Positions 10,288 through 19,360 of a stretch of 64,000 nucleotides of DNA are shown piece by piece. The first letter of the stretch is position 1. Each line of letters begins with the position of its first letter. The stretch is from Candidatus Latescibacterota bacterium (GTDB taxonomy: Bacteria > Latescibacterota > UBA2968 > UBA8231), in contig CBDETK010000013.1 of the NCBI GenBank assembly GCA_965242865.1, positions 2,464,001 through 2,528,000 of the forward strand. The letters run 5' to 3'. A program made the position numbers and the translations under genes. The notes under the pieces are model-generated. The model was not told the DNA's origin. It worked only from the letters and a program-made list of their open reading frames with translations, and did not search any database.

Positions 10288-10865
10288 GGTTGCCAGCCCT
10301 GAAACGCATTGCGGAGAGCCTCCACAAAGTGCCTGAAAGACTTATCCACTCGTGCGGCGCGGTTGATATTTATCTGCTCTACAATGTCTTCCGCATATTC
10401 AATACCGCCAAGTCTAGGTATTGTTCCCGCGGCATAAATGGCCTCAATCAGCCGCTGTTTGTAGCGCCCGCGATCGCATTTCTGATCGGGTGCATCGCAG
10501 CCCTTACCGAACACAGCCTTGAAGGCCGCGCCATCGAGCAGCAGCCAACGCTCAATGTGCGGGTCGGGAATGGCAAGGATCATTGGCGCGGGGTCATCAC
10601 GGCCGACGATCTCCCGCGTACGCTCGTTCAGTCCTTTGCAATTGGCGTCGGTGGCGACGACGATCAAGTCGGGATAGGGCCTACCCTGCCGCTTCAGGTC
10701 GCGCATGTAGTAGTTAAGCTCTGTGATGACTTTGCCGTGGCCGCCGACTGCGACGCGCCAGTCTAGCCTTATAGCGGTATTGCATTCCACGGAGAGCCGC
10801 CGCACGAGAGCACCGATGATCTGCTGATGCGCGTAGTCTTCGACGAAGAGCGCGATCTCACGCAT
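10284..10865 (-). CDS. DUF4276/RloB-like TOPRIM-fold protein
   Basis: LFVED, VVATDAN and IERWLL motifs. ATG 10865 overlaps the upstream ATPase stop; its own stop overlaps the aldolase ATG (ATGA). Confidence 0.7.
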   Translation of the reverse strand: MREIALFVEDYAHQQIIGALVRRLSVECNTAIRLDWRVAVGGHGKVITELNYYMRDLKRQGRPYPDLIVVATDANCKGLNERTREIVGRDDPAPMILAIPDPHIERWLLLDGAAFKAVFGKGCDAPDQKCDRGRYKQRLIEAIYAAGTIPRLGGIEYAEDIVEQININRAARVDKSFRHFVEALRNAFQGWQP

Positions 10866-12168
10866 CGAAGTCCCCTCGCAGAATGCGCTCGGATACGGGC
10901 AGGGCCTCCTGCTGCTCCGAGAGGGCCTGATCGATGCCACTGCGCCAGCCCAATGGTCCCCAAGTAGAAAACGGCTCGATTCGCGTCTTGCGGTCGGTCC
11001 GGTTCATCACGAACAGGGAGTTGTCCGAGAGCAGATCGGGCAGGATCGGCGAGTGCGTAGTGACGATGTACTGCGTCTGTTGCAGAATTCCCTGCGTTTT
11101 CAGCAGTTCCGCGATCAACTGAATCCGGCGCGGGTGAACGCCGTTTTCTGGTTCCTCGAACCCGACCAATGCCGGCGCGTCGTCAACTCCGGTTAGGGCC
11201 AGAAGCCCGAGCATCCGCAGCGTACCTTCGGAGAGTACGCGGGCCGGAATCGCCACACCGCCTTCCTTGAGGCGCAGTTCAACCTCGCCGAGATCGCTCA
11301 CTTCCACCTCAATGCCGTCGATGGTCGGCATCAGCGCGTGCAGTGCCTTTTCAACCCCCCTGAATTGCTTGGCATCGGTTGCCTTCATGGTATTGAGGAA
11401 GGCGGCGAGTTCCTCGCCCATCAAGCCGATGTGGCGCACTTCCTTTACTGGGTTGGCGGCGCGCATGCGTTCGCGCGGCTCAAAGTAGAAGAACAGCCAA
11501 CTCTCCAACTCGCGTCGCGCCGCGGCCAAGTGGGGATAGTGCGGTGGATAATGCGGCATGGAGAGAATAGTGTGATCTAGGTAACGCTCGTAATAGGTGG
11601 GGTGCGCCTGTCCTTCGTGCCGCAGGTGGATTCTTTCGCCTTGCCGCTCGAGAAAGGGCTTGCGTTTGCCGGTGGGCTCGCCCTTGCTGTTGAGGGCGGC
11701 GAGGTATTCGTCTGCCACGCGCAGGACGCCCGATCGGGGCAGCATCTCCACCTCAATGCGATAGCGGAGATCGCGTTCGCGGACGCGGGCCGGGAGCTTG
11801 CTTCTCTCTTTAGATTCGACCGCGCCGTGCGGACGACGCATTTCTAGTATCTGGCGATTGACGGACTCGACGACCGCGTCCGACAAGCTCAGATCGACCT
11901 CAATCGAGAACGACAGCCGCTCCTGTTCGAGCAGCCCCTTGATGCCTTTTTGCCCGATGGTGAAGGATTCGAGCGGCTTGCCGCGATAGGGTGGATCAAA
12001 AGCCTCTTTGAGCGTCCGGCTCGTCCCCAGCTTTGACAGCAATTGCAAAGCATCGAGCAAATTGCTCTTACCGGCGGCATTCGGGCCGAACAGGACCACG
12101 AGCTGGGACAGACGCACTTCGACGTTTTCGAGCGACTTGTATCCGCGGATATGTATGCGCTTCAGCAT
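10858..12168 (-). CDS. AAA_21 / OLD-type ABC ATPase
   Basis: IRGYKSL, Walker A GPNAAGKS, signature LSEGT, Walker B/D-loop FEEPENGVHP, H-loop TTHSP. Confidence 0.9.
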   Translation of the reverse strand: MLKRIHIRGYKSLENVEVRLSQLVVLFGPNAAGKSNLLDALQLLSKLGTSRTLKEAFDPPYRGKPLESFTIGQKGIKGLLEQERLSFSIEVDLSLSDAVVESVNRQILEMRRPHGAVESKERSKLPARVRERDLRYRIEVEMLPRSGVLRVADEYLAALNSKGEPTGKRKPFLERQGERIHLRHEGQAHPTYYERYLDHTILSMPHYPPHYPHLAAARRELESWLFFYFEPRERMRAANPVKEVRHIGLMGEELAAFLNTMKATDAKQFRGVEKALHALMPTIDGIEVEVSDLGEVELRLKEGGVAIPARVLSEGTLRMLGLLALTGVDDAPALVGFEEPENGVHPRRIQLIAELLKTQGILQQTQYIVTTHSPILPDLLSDNSLFVMNRTDRKTRIEPFSTWGPLGWRSGIDQALSEQQEALPVSERILRGDFDA

Positions 12169-12298
12169 ATTGGCGTCTCCATTACAACGACCTTTAGTCC
12201 GTTGAGTGCAGTGTTTGGAAATCGCGATTTAACGCAACCCTCCGTCGGGCAGCGGAAGAAGCGCGCTTTGCGGGACCAAGAACGGCCACTAGCACAGT

Positions 12299-12439
12299 GG
12301 ATGGGCTAGGCTCTATAAGGCCCTTCGTTTTTTGACCGCACCACCATTGAGACGATGGCCAGCCAATAGAGGTTCTGCACGATGGCGAAATAATAGACGA
12401 CCCCATAGAGCTGGTCAAACACCGCGCCCAATGCAAAAA
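12299..12439. repeat. Direct repeat copy 1 (141 bp)
   Basis: Near-identical to 14381-14508; corresponds to the 3' end of the truncated CDP-alcohol phosphotransferase. Confidence 0.92.
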
Positions 12440-12668
12440 CCATCAGATAGACGTCAATGCCGCTACGCAGGTAGTTGCGCAATTTTAGCGGCGATACGCG
12501 CACGAGGCGGCCCAAGCGGCCCATCAGGCCGCGGCCGGCAGATTCCGCTAGCTGCCCCTTGCCAAAGGCCGCGGCGGTCATCAGGGTGGCTATGTGGGTC
12601 ATGGCAAGCGAGACGAAGGCGACGAGCGAGTAGAGATAGGCGTATGGATCGCCGCTTTGGTGCTCCAA
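12306..12668 (-). pseudogene. C-terminal fragment of a CDP-alcohol phosphatidyltransferase
   Basis: Ends in VQNLYWLAIVSMVVR, paralogous to VQNIYWLILFVMVMR of 14646..15344, but lacks the N-terminal DxxDGxxAR catalytic half; weak TTG start. Confidence 0.7.
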
Positions 12669-12698
12669 TTTTTCGGACGAGCTAGCGAGACACTGCGA

Positions 12699-13982
12699 TT
12701 AGTCCCGAAAGGGAATCAGGCGTAGGATCTGCTCAATGGACATGCACAGTTCTTCTGCTTCATAGGCCGATTGGTGCAAGAGAATGGACTCCGCGGTTTT
12801 GAGCATGGCTGGATAGGCACTACGCAGTAGGTGATTGGCGTAGAGGACCACCTGTACGCCGGCATCGACGAGTTGTTGCTCGGTCACCTGACTAAAGGTC
12901 GAAGGCATTACGACCAAGGGGACGCGAGAGGGCAACTTGGCGTATTCGTCGCAGAAGGAGAGGATTTCGCACGGGGTCTTTGCCCGGCTGTGGATTAGGA
13001 TTCCGTCGGCTCCGCTGCCGATGTACGTGTGCGCTCGTTCGATAGCATCGCGCACATCTTTGCCGGCGATAAGGGACTCAATGCGCGCCATGATCATAAA
13101 GTCGTCGGCTATTTGGGCTTTTTTGCCGCGCTCAATTTTGTAGGCAAAGGCGTCGGCATCCTCTTGGTGCGGTGCGGCCGTACCCTTGGGGCTCATTCTG
13201 TCTTCTACGACAATGGCCGAAACGCCGATCCGCTCCAGCGTACGCACCGCCAAGACAAAGTGCTCAACCAAGCCGCCGGAATCGCCATCGAGGATGAGCG
13301 GCTTGTTGGTGATGTCCAAAATTTCCTGCACCGTGGCCATGCGCGAGGTCAAATCGACGTATTCGGTGTCGGGCTTGCCCTTCGCTGTGGAGTCGGTGAG
13401 GCTGCCGACCCACATGGCGTCGAATTCCCGCGTTTGGCCGCCCGCTTCTACTTGCGCGTTCTCGACGATCAGCCCGGTGAGGCCGCTGTGCGCTTCGAGC
13501 GCGGTCACCAGCGGCTTGGCGGCCAGTAGTCGGCGCAACCGCTGGCGGCGGACATCGGGCGTAAAGCCCACTTCGCGGATGGCCGCGTTCAGCCGCGTCG
13601 AGGAAATGCCCGGGGTGTACGCTGGCTCGACCACTTCTCCGCCCCACTCTTTGAGCACCTCGATGACGCGCTGGCGCGCCTCCCGCAGGACGCCGGTGCG
13701 CCAATCGTCGCCGTGGACGAAGTAGTCCGGCCTCAAGCGGCGCAGGTTGGGCTCGTAGTCGAGCGTCGTCTGGGGCACTACCGCGCTTATGCCCTTGATG
13801 TTTTCGACGATAGCCTTGCGCTGCTCGTAGTTCAGATAGGGCAGGCGCTTGTAGCTGACGATGGCCTCGTCGGTCATCAGGCCAATGGTGACTTCTCCCA
13901 ATTCTCGTGCAATGCGGATGATGTTTAGATGCCCTTGGTGGAGCAAATCCGCGCACATAGGTACATAGACTTTAGGACTCAT
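12699..13982 (-). CDS. Cytidylyltransferase - phosphoenolpyruvate mutase family fusion (AepX-like) with atypical catalytic loop
   Basis: N-terminal ADLLHQGH (HxGH) and HGDDW...YTPGISST; C-terminal [40 protein letters not shown]. The loop reads [11 protein letters not shown] instead of EDKxxxxxNS. Confidence 0.85.
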   Translation of the reverse strand: MSPKVYVPMCADLLHQGHLNIIRIARELGEVTIGLMTDEAIVSYKRLPYLNYEQRKAIVENIKGISAVVPQTTLDYEPNLRRLRPDYFVHGDDWRTGVLREARQRVIEVLKEWGGEVVEPAYTPGISSTRLNAAIREVGFTPDVRRQRLRRLLAAKPLVTALEAHSGLTGLIVENAQVEAGGQTREFDAMWVGSLTDSTAKGKPDTEYVDLTSRMATVQEILDITNKPLILDGDSGGLVEHFVLAVRTLERIGVSAIVVEDRMSPKGTAAPHQEDADAFAYKIERGKKAQIADDFMIMARIESLIAGKDVRDAIERAHTYIGSGADGILIHSRAKTPCEILSFCDEYAKLPSRVPLVVMPSTFSQVTEQQLVDAGVQVVLYANHLLRSAYPAMLKTAESILLHQSAYEAEELCMSIEQILRLIPFRD

Positions 13983-14380
13983 CGCATAGACCTAAATTCG
14001 GCGGTCCGGCCCCGAGAAGCACTTGGGCCTCCCCTTTATACCGTTGGAGTCCTCGAGCAACCGCGCATACCACGCCCATGCGGATGCGGGAATCCCAAGC
14101 ATCCGGCCCTGCGGCCATAGAGCCGTACAGACCGCTGCCCATCCGGCCGCGAATAAATCGCCGCGCATCAGCGAAGCGATCATCCAGCCTTTGAGTGGAG
14201 CGAAAAGACCGGAGTCTAACGGAGAAAAAGTGGGGGGGGGGGATAACTTATTGTTTTTCAATGAGTTATGTAACATGCTGAAAATAACATCTTGGCACTG
14301 GAAGTACGAGGGGGTCGGCGCGACACGCGGCAACGGCATCGCCAATGTGGGGTGGTTTCTCATCTTTTGATCCGTCCGAC

Positions 14381-14508
14381 GGATGGGCTAGGCTCCATAA
14401 GGCCCTTCGTTTTTTGACCGCACCACCATTGAGACGATGGCCAGTGCGCGATGGCGAAATAATAGACGACCCCATAGAGCGGGTCAAACACCGCGCCCAA
14501 TGCAAAAA
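14381..14508. repeat. Direct repeat copy 2 (128 bp; 13-bp internal deletion), remnant of a CDP-alcohol phosphotransferase 3' end
   Basis: Aligns with 12299-12439 but lacks CCAATAGAGGTTC and carries a few substitutions. Confidence 0.9.
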
Positions 14509-14645
14509 TGATCAAATCCTGTTCGACCGTCTATTCCCTTGGGCTTGGGGTATGGTTGGGTTTGAAAGGATGGACCGGGTACACTTACTTAATGGAGTTG
14601 CCCTTTCCTTGCTTTTTCCCACTTGGCACCACCCTATAAATCAAT

Positions 14646-15344
14646 ATGCCATCGGCCTCCTTTCGAGAAATTCGCGCCGCTCAGTCCGAGGGGGTTGGTC
14701 TGATCTCCGTCTTGGTGTACCGAAATCTGTCCCTGCCTCTCACCAAATTGTTCCTGATTCTAGGGGTGTCCCCCAACGCCATCTCTTGGATCAGTTTCTC
14801 TTGCCTGCTGGCCGGCGCCGGCCTGATCGCTACGGCCCATTGGCCCTCCATGCTGGCGGCCGGACTGCTGATCCAGCTAGCCTGTGCCCTTGATGGTAGC
14901 GACGGAGCAGTGGCGCGGCTGACCGGCCTTTCTTCCCCGAAGGGGGCTTGGCTGGACGCGGCCTTAGACCGAATTGGCGAAGCCGCCCTGTTTGCCGGCC
15001 TAGGATTGGGCCTCTATAATCAACTTGGCTCTCCGCTAGCCGGTCTGTATGCCGGCGGAGCGTTCGCCGCGCTATTCGTCACGCACACATTGACCCTACT
15101 TACCGCTCAGATATACGGCAAAGGCACGGTGAAAGAAGAGCTAGACAGTAAATCGCTGGCTTGGTGCAGCAAGTACGGCATTCCGCCCTCCTACATCCGC
15201 TTGGGATTTGACACTCATCTGACCGTCTTTGCTTGGTGCGCCATGCTCGACCGGCTGATGTGGATCGTCATTTTCTTTTGGACGGTGCAAAACATCTACT
15301 GGCTCATCCTGTTTGTCATGGTCATGCGCCAGCCTTCCCGCTAG
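14646..15344 (+). CDS. CDP-alcohol phosphatidyltransferase family protein
   Basis: SPNAIS and the full signature LDGSDGAVAR...GAWLDAALDRIGE. Confidence 0.93.
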   Translation: MPSASFREIRAAQSEGVGLISVLVYRNLSLPLTKLFLILGVSPNAISWISFSCLLAGAGLIATAHWPSMLAAGLLIQLACALDGSDGAVARLTGLSSPKGAWLDAALDRIGEAALFAGLGLGLYNQLGSPLAGLYAGGAFAALFVTHTLTLLTAQIYGKGTVKEELDSKSLAWCSKYGIPPSYIRLGFDTHLTVFAWCAMLDRLMWIVIFFWTVQNIYWLILFVMVMRQPSR

Positions 15345-15385
15345 ACCACAGCAAAATTCAATTGGGAATTGCGAATTAAGGGCAC

Positions 15386-17329
15386 ATGCACAAGGAGCGA
15401 ACCGGCTTGGAGGTGACGCGGCGCGCCCTGGTACTGGGTGCGGGGGCGGCCCTCTTTTTGAATCTGGCCTGTCCCTATACAGTACTCGTCCTGCAAAACG
15501 CCGGCTTGACCTCGGATTACCTCGCGGCCGGCGCGATGATGGTCTTCCTGCTGCTCGTGGGCTTGGTCAACCCCTTCCTCAAGGTGGTGTGCAAGTCGCG
15601 GGCCTTGCGCACGAGCGAGTTGGTGGTCGTGTACGCCATGATGGTCGTGGCGTCGGCGATTCCCACGTGGGGATTGGTGACCAATCTGTGCCACATCCTC
15701 ACCCGCCCCTTTTACTACGCCACCCCAGAAAACCGCTGGGCCGAGCTGATTCAACCGCTCATTCCCGCTTGGCTGGCGCCGCACGAAGCCGAGGTGGCGC
15801 GCTTTTTTTACGAAGGGCTGCCCGAGGGGATGGGCATCCCGTGGGGAGCTTGGCTGGTGCCGCTGGCGGCGTGGGGCAGCGCGATGGTGGCCATCTACTT
15901 ACTGATGATCGCGACTATGGTCGTCTTCCGGCGGCCTTGGGTCGAACAGGAGCGGCTGGTGTTCCCATTGGCGCAGGTGCCCTTGGAGATGCTGCGCGGC
16001 AACGACGAGGGCGTTTTTCCGCCGTTGTTTCGCAACCCGCTGATGTGGGTCGGGTTTTCGCTGCCCTTTGCCATCCAACTGCTGGACGGGCTAAACCACT
16101 ACTTCTTTTACGTGCCCGAGGTGCGGCTGGTGTTTGACCCGCTGACGCTGTTCCGCGATAGCGTGCGGCTGCACATCTTCGTCAACTTCGCGATCATTGG
16201 CGTGGCGTACTTCCTCAATCTCAACGTGGCGTTCTCGGTGTGGTTTTTCCACTTGTTGAGCCGTTGCCAGACCGGGGTTTTCAGCGTCGTCGGCTTTCAG
16301 GTCAAAGGGCACAACGAGGCCCTCACTGGGTCTTCGGTCGCCCTGTCGCACCAAGGGATGGGGGCGATGCTGGTGTTGGTCGCGGCGATCCTGTGGACAG
16401 CGCGGGGCCACTTGCGCCAAGTGTTCCGCGCGGCGTTCAGGCGCGGGGCACCGGCCGACGATGGCGACGAGATTCTCTCCTATCGGGCGGCCGTGTGGCT
16501 GTGGATCGCCTGTGCGGCTTACTTCCTCGGCTGGCTGGTGTTGAGCGGGGTGCCGGTGGTCGCGGCCGTGGTGTTTTTCTGCGGAGCGTTTGCCATTTTC
16601 TTGGCCATTGCGCGGGTCATTGCCCAAGGCGGCGTGGGATTTACCTCTTCGACCATGCTGCCGCAGCCCTTTGCGGTCTATACCTTGGGTACGGACGCCA
16701 TTGGATGGAAGGGGCTGGCGTCGATTAGCCTGAGCTATTCTTGGGCCGCTGAAATGCGCACCACGGTCATGGCTTCCACCGCCAACGCGCTCAAGCTGGC
16801 GCACGGGCACGGAGCGCAGCACCGACGCCTGTTTTGGGGGTTGGTCATCGCGGTTGTCGTCGGCATGATGGGCGCCTTCTGGATTACCCTCTATTTGAAC
16901 TACACGCACGGCGGGATCAACCTGCGCCAGTTCGGGGTGCCGACGCTGGCCTATCGCTTCTTGGAGGACAAAATCCTCAATCCCGTCGGCTGGGATCACA
17001 TCCGGCCACGGCTGCTGTTTACGGGCGTGGGCGCGGCCTTGATGGGCGCGCTGATTTACATGCAGCACCACTTCGCGTGGTGGCCGCTACACTACATCGG
17101 CCTGCCGGTGAGCGACAGTTGGGTCATGGGCGTGGCGTGGTTTTCGGTGTTCTTGGGCTGGTTGTGCAAGGCCGTGATATTCAAATTTGCGGGTACGCGC
17201 GGCTACCGCATGTACAAGCCGCTCTTCGCCGGGCTGATCGCCGGGCAGCTCATGGGGGCGGCCGCGTGGATGGCGATCGACTTTTGCCTCGGAGAGGTGG
17301 GAAATGTGGTGTACGTAGGGGTGCGGTGA
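15386..17329 (+). CDS. DUF6785/DUF6784-type polytopic membrane protein
   Basis: Many TM helices; IPWGAW, WVEQERLVFPL, WWPLHYIG and 'YRMYKPLFAGLIAG' motifs, shared with the paralog at 40564. Confidence 0.75.
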   Translation: MHKERTGLEVTRRALVLGAGAALFLNLACPYTVLVLQNAGLTSDYLAAGAMMVFLLLVGLVNPFLKVVCKSRALRTSELVVVYAMMVVASAIPTWGLVTNLCHILTRPFYYATPENRWAELIQPLIPAWLAPHEAEVARFFYEGLPEGMGIPWGAWLVPLAAWGSAMVAIYLLMIATMVVFRRPWVEQERLVFPLAQVPLEMLRGNDEGVFPPLFRNPLMWVGFSLPFAIQLLDGLNHYFFYVPEVRLVFDPLTLFRDSVRLHIFVNFAIIGVAYFLNLNVAFSVWFFHLLSRCQTGVFSVVGFQVKGHNEALTGSSVALSHQGMGAMLVLVAAILWTARGHLRQVFRAAFRRGAPADDGDEILSYRAAVWLWIACAAYFLGWLVLSGVPVVAAVVFFCGAFAIFLAIARVIAQGGVGFTSSTMLPQPFAVYTLGTDAIGWKGLASISLSYSWAAEMRTTVMASTANALKLAHGHGAQHRRLFWGLVIAVVVGMMGAFWITLYLNYTHGGINLRQFGVPTLAYRFLEDKILNPVGWDHIRPRLLFTGVGAALMGALIYMQHHFAWWPLHYIGLPVSDSWVMGVAWFSVFLGWLCKAVIFKFAGTRGYRMYKPLFAGLIAGQLMGAAAWMAIDFCLGEVGNVVYVGVR

Positions 17330-17341
17330 AGAGCGGGCGGC

Positions 17342-18019
17342 TCAGACGATTTGGATGCCCCATTCGGCACACCGCGCTTTTACGGTATGGGCCGGTTCCA
17401 AGCTGATGAGGACGCCCTCGACCGCTTTGTCGGGATGCTGCCGCCGCACCAACGCCACCTTGTCGGCAAACCGATCTATCTCTTCGACCTTACAGGCGGC
17501 CGACTTGACCTCAAAGACCAATAGGGAGCTGTTGTCGATCAGAATATCGACCTCATAGGTTCGTCCGGCCGGGCCCACTACCCCCTCCCCATCCGCCAGC
17601 TTCTGCCGCAGTCGCACGTTGTCTGCGGACACGTCTTGCCGCTTCAGGCCAAAGCGCAACACCTCGGCGACCATGTTTTCGAGCTTCCTTCCCGCCCGCC
17701 GCTGGAACCCCCCGACCGTCAAATCGACCTTGGCGTCTGTATAGGCTAGCTGCTGGCGCATCTGTTCAAAACGCTCATCGATCTGTTCAAAGCGCTCGTC
17801 GATTTTTTCAAAGCGCTCGTTGACCTCCGAGCGGAACTGGTTAAACTCGCCGCGGAAGGCATGCAACTCAGCAAGCACGGCCGCCACTTCTTTTTTGGTG
17901 GCAAACGTTTCGATGAACGCCGTATAGATGCGAGGCTCTAGCTCGGGATGCCGTTTGAGCAGGGCCGGCAGTTGCGTTTCAAACGTCTCCAGTAATTCTT
18001 CATCGGTTAACAGTACCAT
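17342..18019 (-). CDS. Coiled-coil + PD-(D/E)xK nuclease-fold protein (DUF3782-like)
   Basis: Heptad repeats ERFEKID/ERFEQID/ERFEQMR (21-bp DNA repeats at about 17760-17822) followed by EVDIL...VFEVKS. Confidence 0.75.
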   Translation of the reverse strand: MVLLTDEELLETFETQLPALLKRHPELEPRIYTAFIETFATKKEVAAVLAELHAFRGEFNQFRSEVNERFEKIDERFEQIDERFEQMRQQLAYTDAKVDLTVGGFQRRAGRKLENMVAEVLRFGLKRQDVSADNVRLRQKLADGEGVVGPAGRTYEVDILIDNSSLLVFEVKSAACKVEEIDRFADKVALVRRQHPDKAVEGVLISLEPAHTVKARCAEWGIQIV

Positions 18020-18144
18020 TGCTTCCTCCTCGTCAATACATATACATACAACGTTGAGTATAACCTTAGCAACCGAGTGCAGACAATTGACGCACCGAGC
18101 TGAATGGTTCTATATCGTAGGAACTCAACTGAAAGGAGCGCAGC

Positions 18145-19251
18145 ATGAGCGACGAGAAGATGTACAGAGCAGCTGCCATTGGCCGCACGGGCCGGGGCAA
18201 TTGGGGACACGGGTTGCACTGGGGCTTGAAGAACCACCCGCGCGTCGAGGTGGTAGCCATCGCCGACGAGGACGCCGAGGAACGGCAGGCCAAGCAAGCG
18301 GAATTGGCCGCTCCCCGTGCGTACGCGGACTGGCGCGCAATGCTAGCGGCCGAGCAGCCAGAGATCGTGACGGTTGGGCCGCGCTGGACCGATTGTCACT
18401 TGGAGATGGTGCTGGCCTGTTTGGAGGCAGGGGCGCACGTGTACTGCGAAAAGCCCATGACTTGGAACTTGGCTGACGGCGACCTGATTGTGGCCAAGGC
18501 CGCGGCGACCGGGCGGAAGGTCGCCGTGGCGCATCAGGGAGCGTACCTGCCGAGAATCCAGCACGTCCAGGAGGTGTTGGCGCAGGGGCGGATCGGCGCG
18601 GTACAGGCCATTCGCGCCCACGGCAAACAGGACCGGCGCGGCGGGGGCGAGGACATGATCGTGTTGGGGACGCACTTGTTCAATATGATGCGCCTGTTTG
18701 CCGGCGATGTGGCATGGATGACGGCGCACATCGCGCACCAAGGCCGGCTGCTAACGGTCAAAGACGTGCGCGAGGCAACCGAGCCGGTGGGACCGATCGC
18801 GGGCGATTGCATCCACAGCTACTTTGCCTTCGAGAGCGGGGTGGCAGGCTTTTTTGACTCGCGGAAAGACGCCGGGGGCGGGGGCCAGCGGATGGGCTTG
18901 GAGATCGAGGGCAGCGAAGGGGTGATCGCGTTGCGCGGCGGCGGCAGTGGCGCGGCCATGCTCTATCCGCATCCGGTGTTTGATCCAGCCAATGCGAACC
19001 AGCAGTGGGTCGCCTTAGACGAGGTGGCGGACGAATCCCTGAGCACGGGCAACGACTTGGCGGTCGCCGATTTGATCGACGCGGCCGAAGCCGACCGCGA
19101 GCCCCTGTCGAGTGCGCGCGACGCGGTGGCGGCCTTGGAGATGATCTTGGGGGCGTACGAAGCGGAGATCACCGGGGGGCGGGTGGAATTTCCCATGCAG
19201 CGGCGAGAGCATCCGTTGGTGGCTTGGCGGGAGGGACGAGGGCTTGATTGA
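18145..19251 (+). CDS. Gfo/Idh/MocA family oxidoreductase
   Basis: Rossmann start AAIGRTGRG, GAHVYCEKPM, DMIVLGTH; AAAGGAG RBS. Confidence 0.92.
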   Translation: MSDEKMYRAAAIGRTGRGNWGHGLHWGLKNHPRVEVVAIADEDAEERQAKQAELAAPRAYADWRAMLAAEQPEIVTVGPRWTDCHLEMVLACLEAGAHVYCEKPMTWNLADGDLIVAKAAATGRKVAVAHQGAYLPRIQHVQEVLAQGRIGAVQAIRAHGKQDRRGGGEDMIVLGTHLFNMMRLFAGDVAWMTAHIAHQGRLLTVKDVREATEPVGPIAGDCIHSYFAFESGVAGFFDSRKDAGGGGQRMGLEIEGSEGVIALRGGGSGAAMLYPHPVFDPANANQQWVALDEVADESLSTGNDLAVADLIDAAEADREPLSSARDAVAALEMILGAYEAEITGGRVEFPMQRREHPLVAWREGRGLD

Positions 19252-19277
19252 CAGGTTGGCCTGAAATTCTTTATGGT
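19248..19277 (+). promoter_or_regulatory. Putative sigma70 promoter for the TonB-receptor operon
   Basis: TTGACA (19248-19253), 18-bp spacer, TATGGT (19272-19277); followed by a hairpin at 19291-19322. Confidence 0.45.
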
Positions 19278-19360
19278 TCTCGCTTCAGTGGCGCGGTTGG
19301 GCAAAATTTGCGGCAACCGCGCTAGATTTGTTCACCTCACCTCTAGCACGGAGGGCACTC

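Noticed and set aside
14291-14308. TTGGCAC sigma54-like site
   Set aside because: The -12 position reads AC rather than GC at the required spacing.
13992-14363. 123-aa ORF upstream of the PepM fusion
   Set aside because: It crosses the poly-G/AT-rich palindrome and has no recognisable domain; at most its 3' end is a remnant of a membrane-protein gene.
19291-19322. Riboswitch in the TonB-receptor leader
   Set aside because: Only a single GC-rich hairpin in a short leader; no cobalamin or TPP consensus elements visible.
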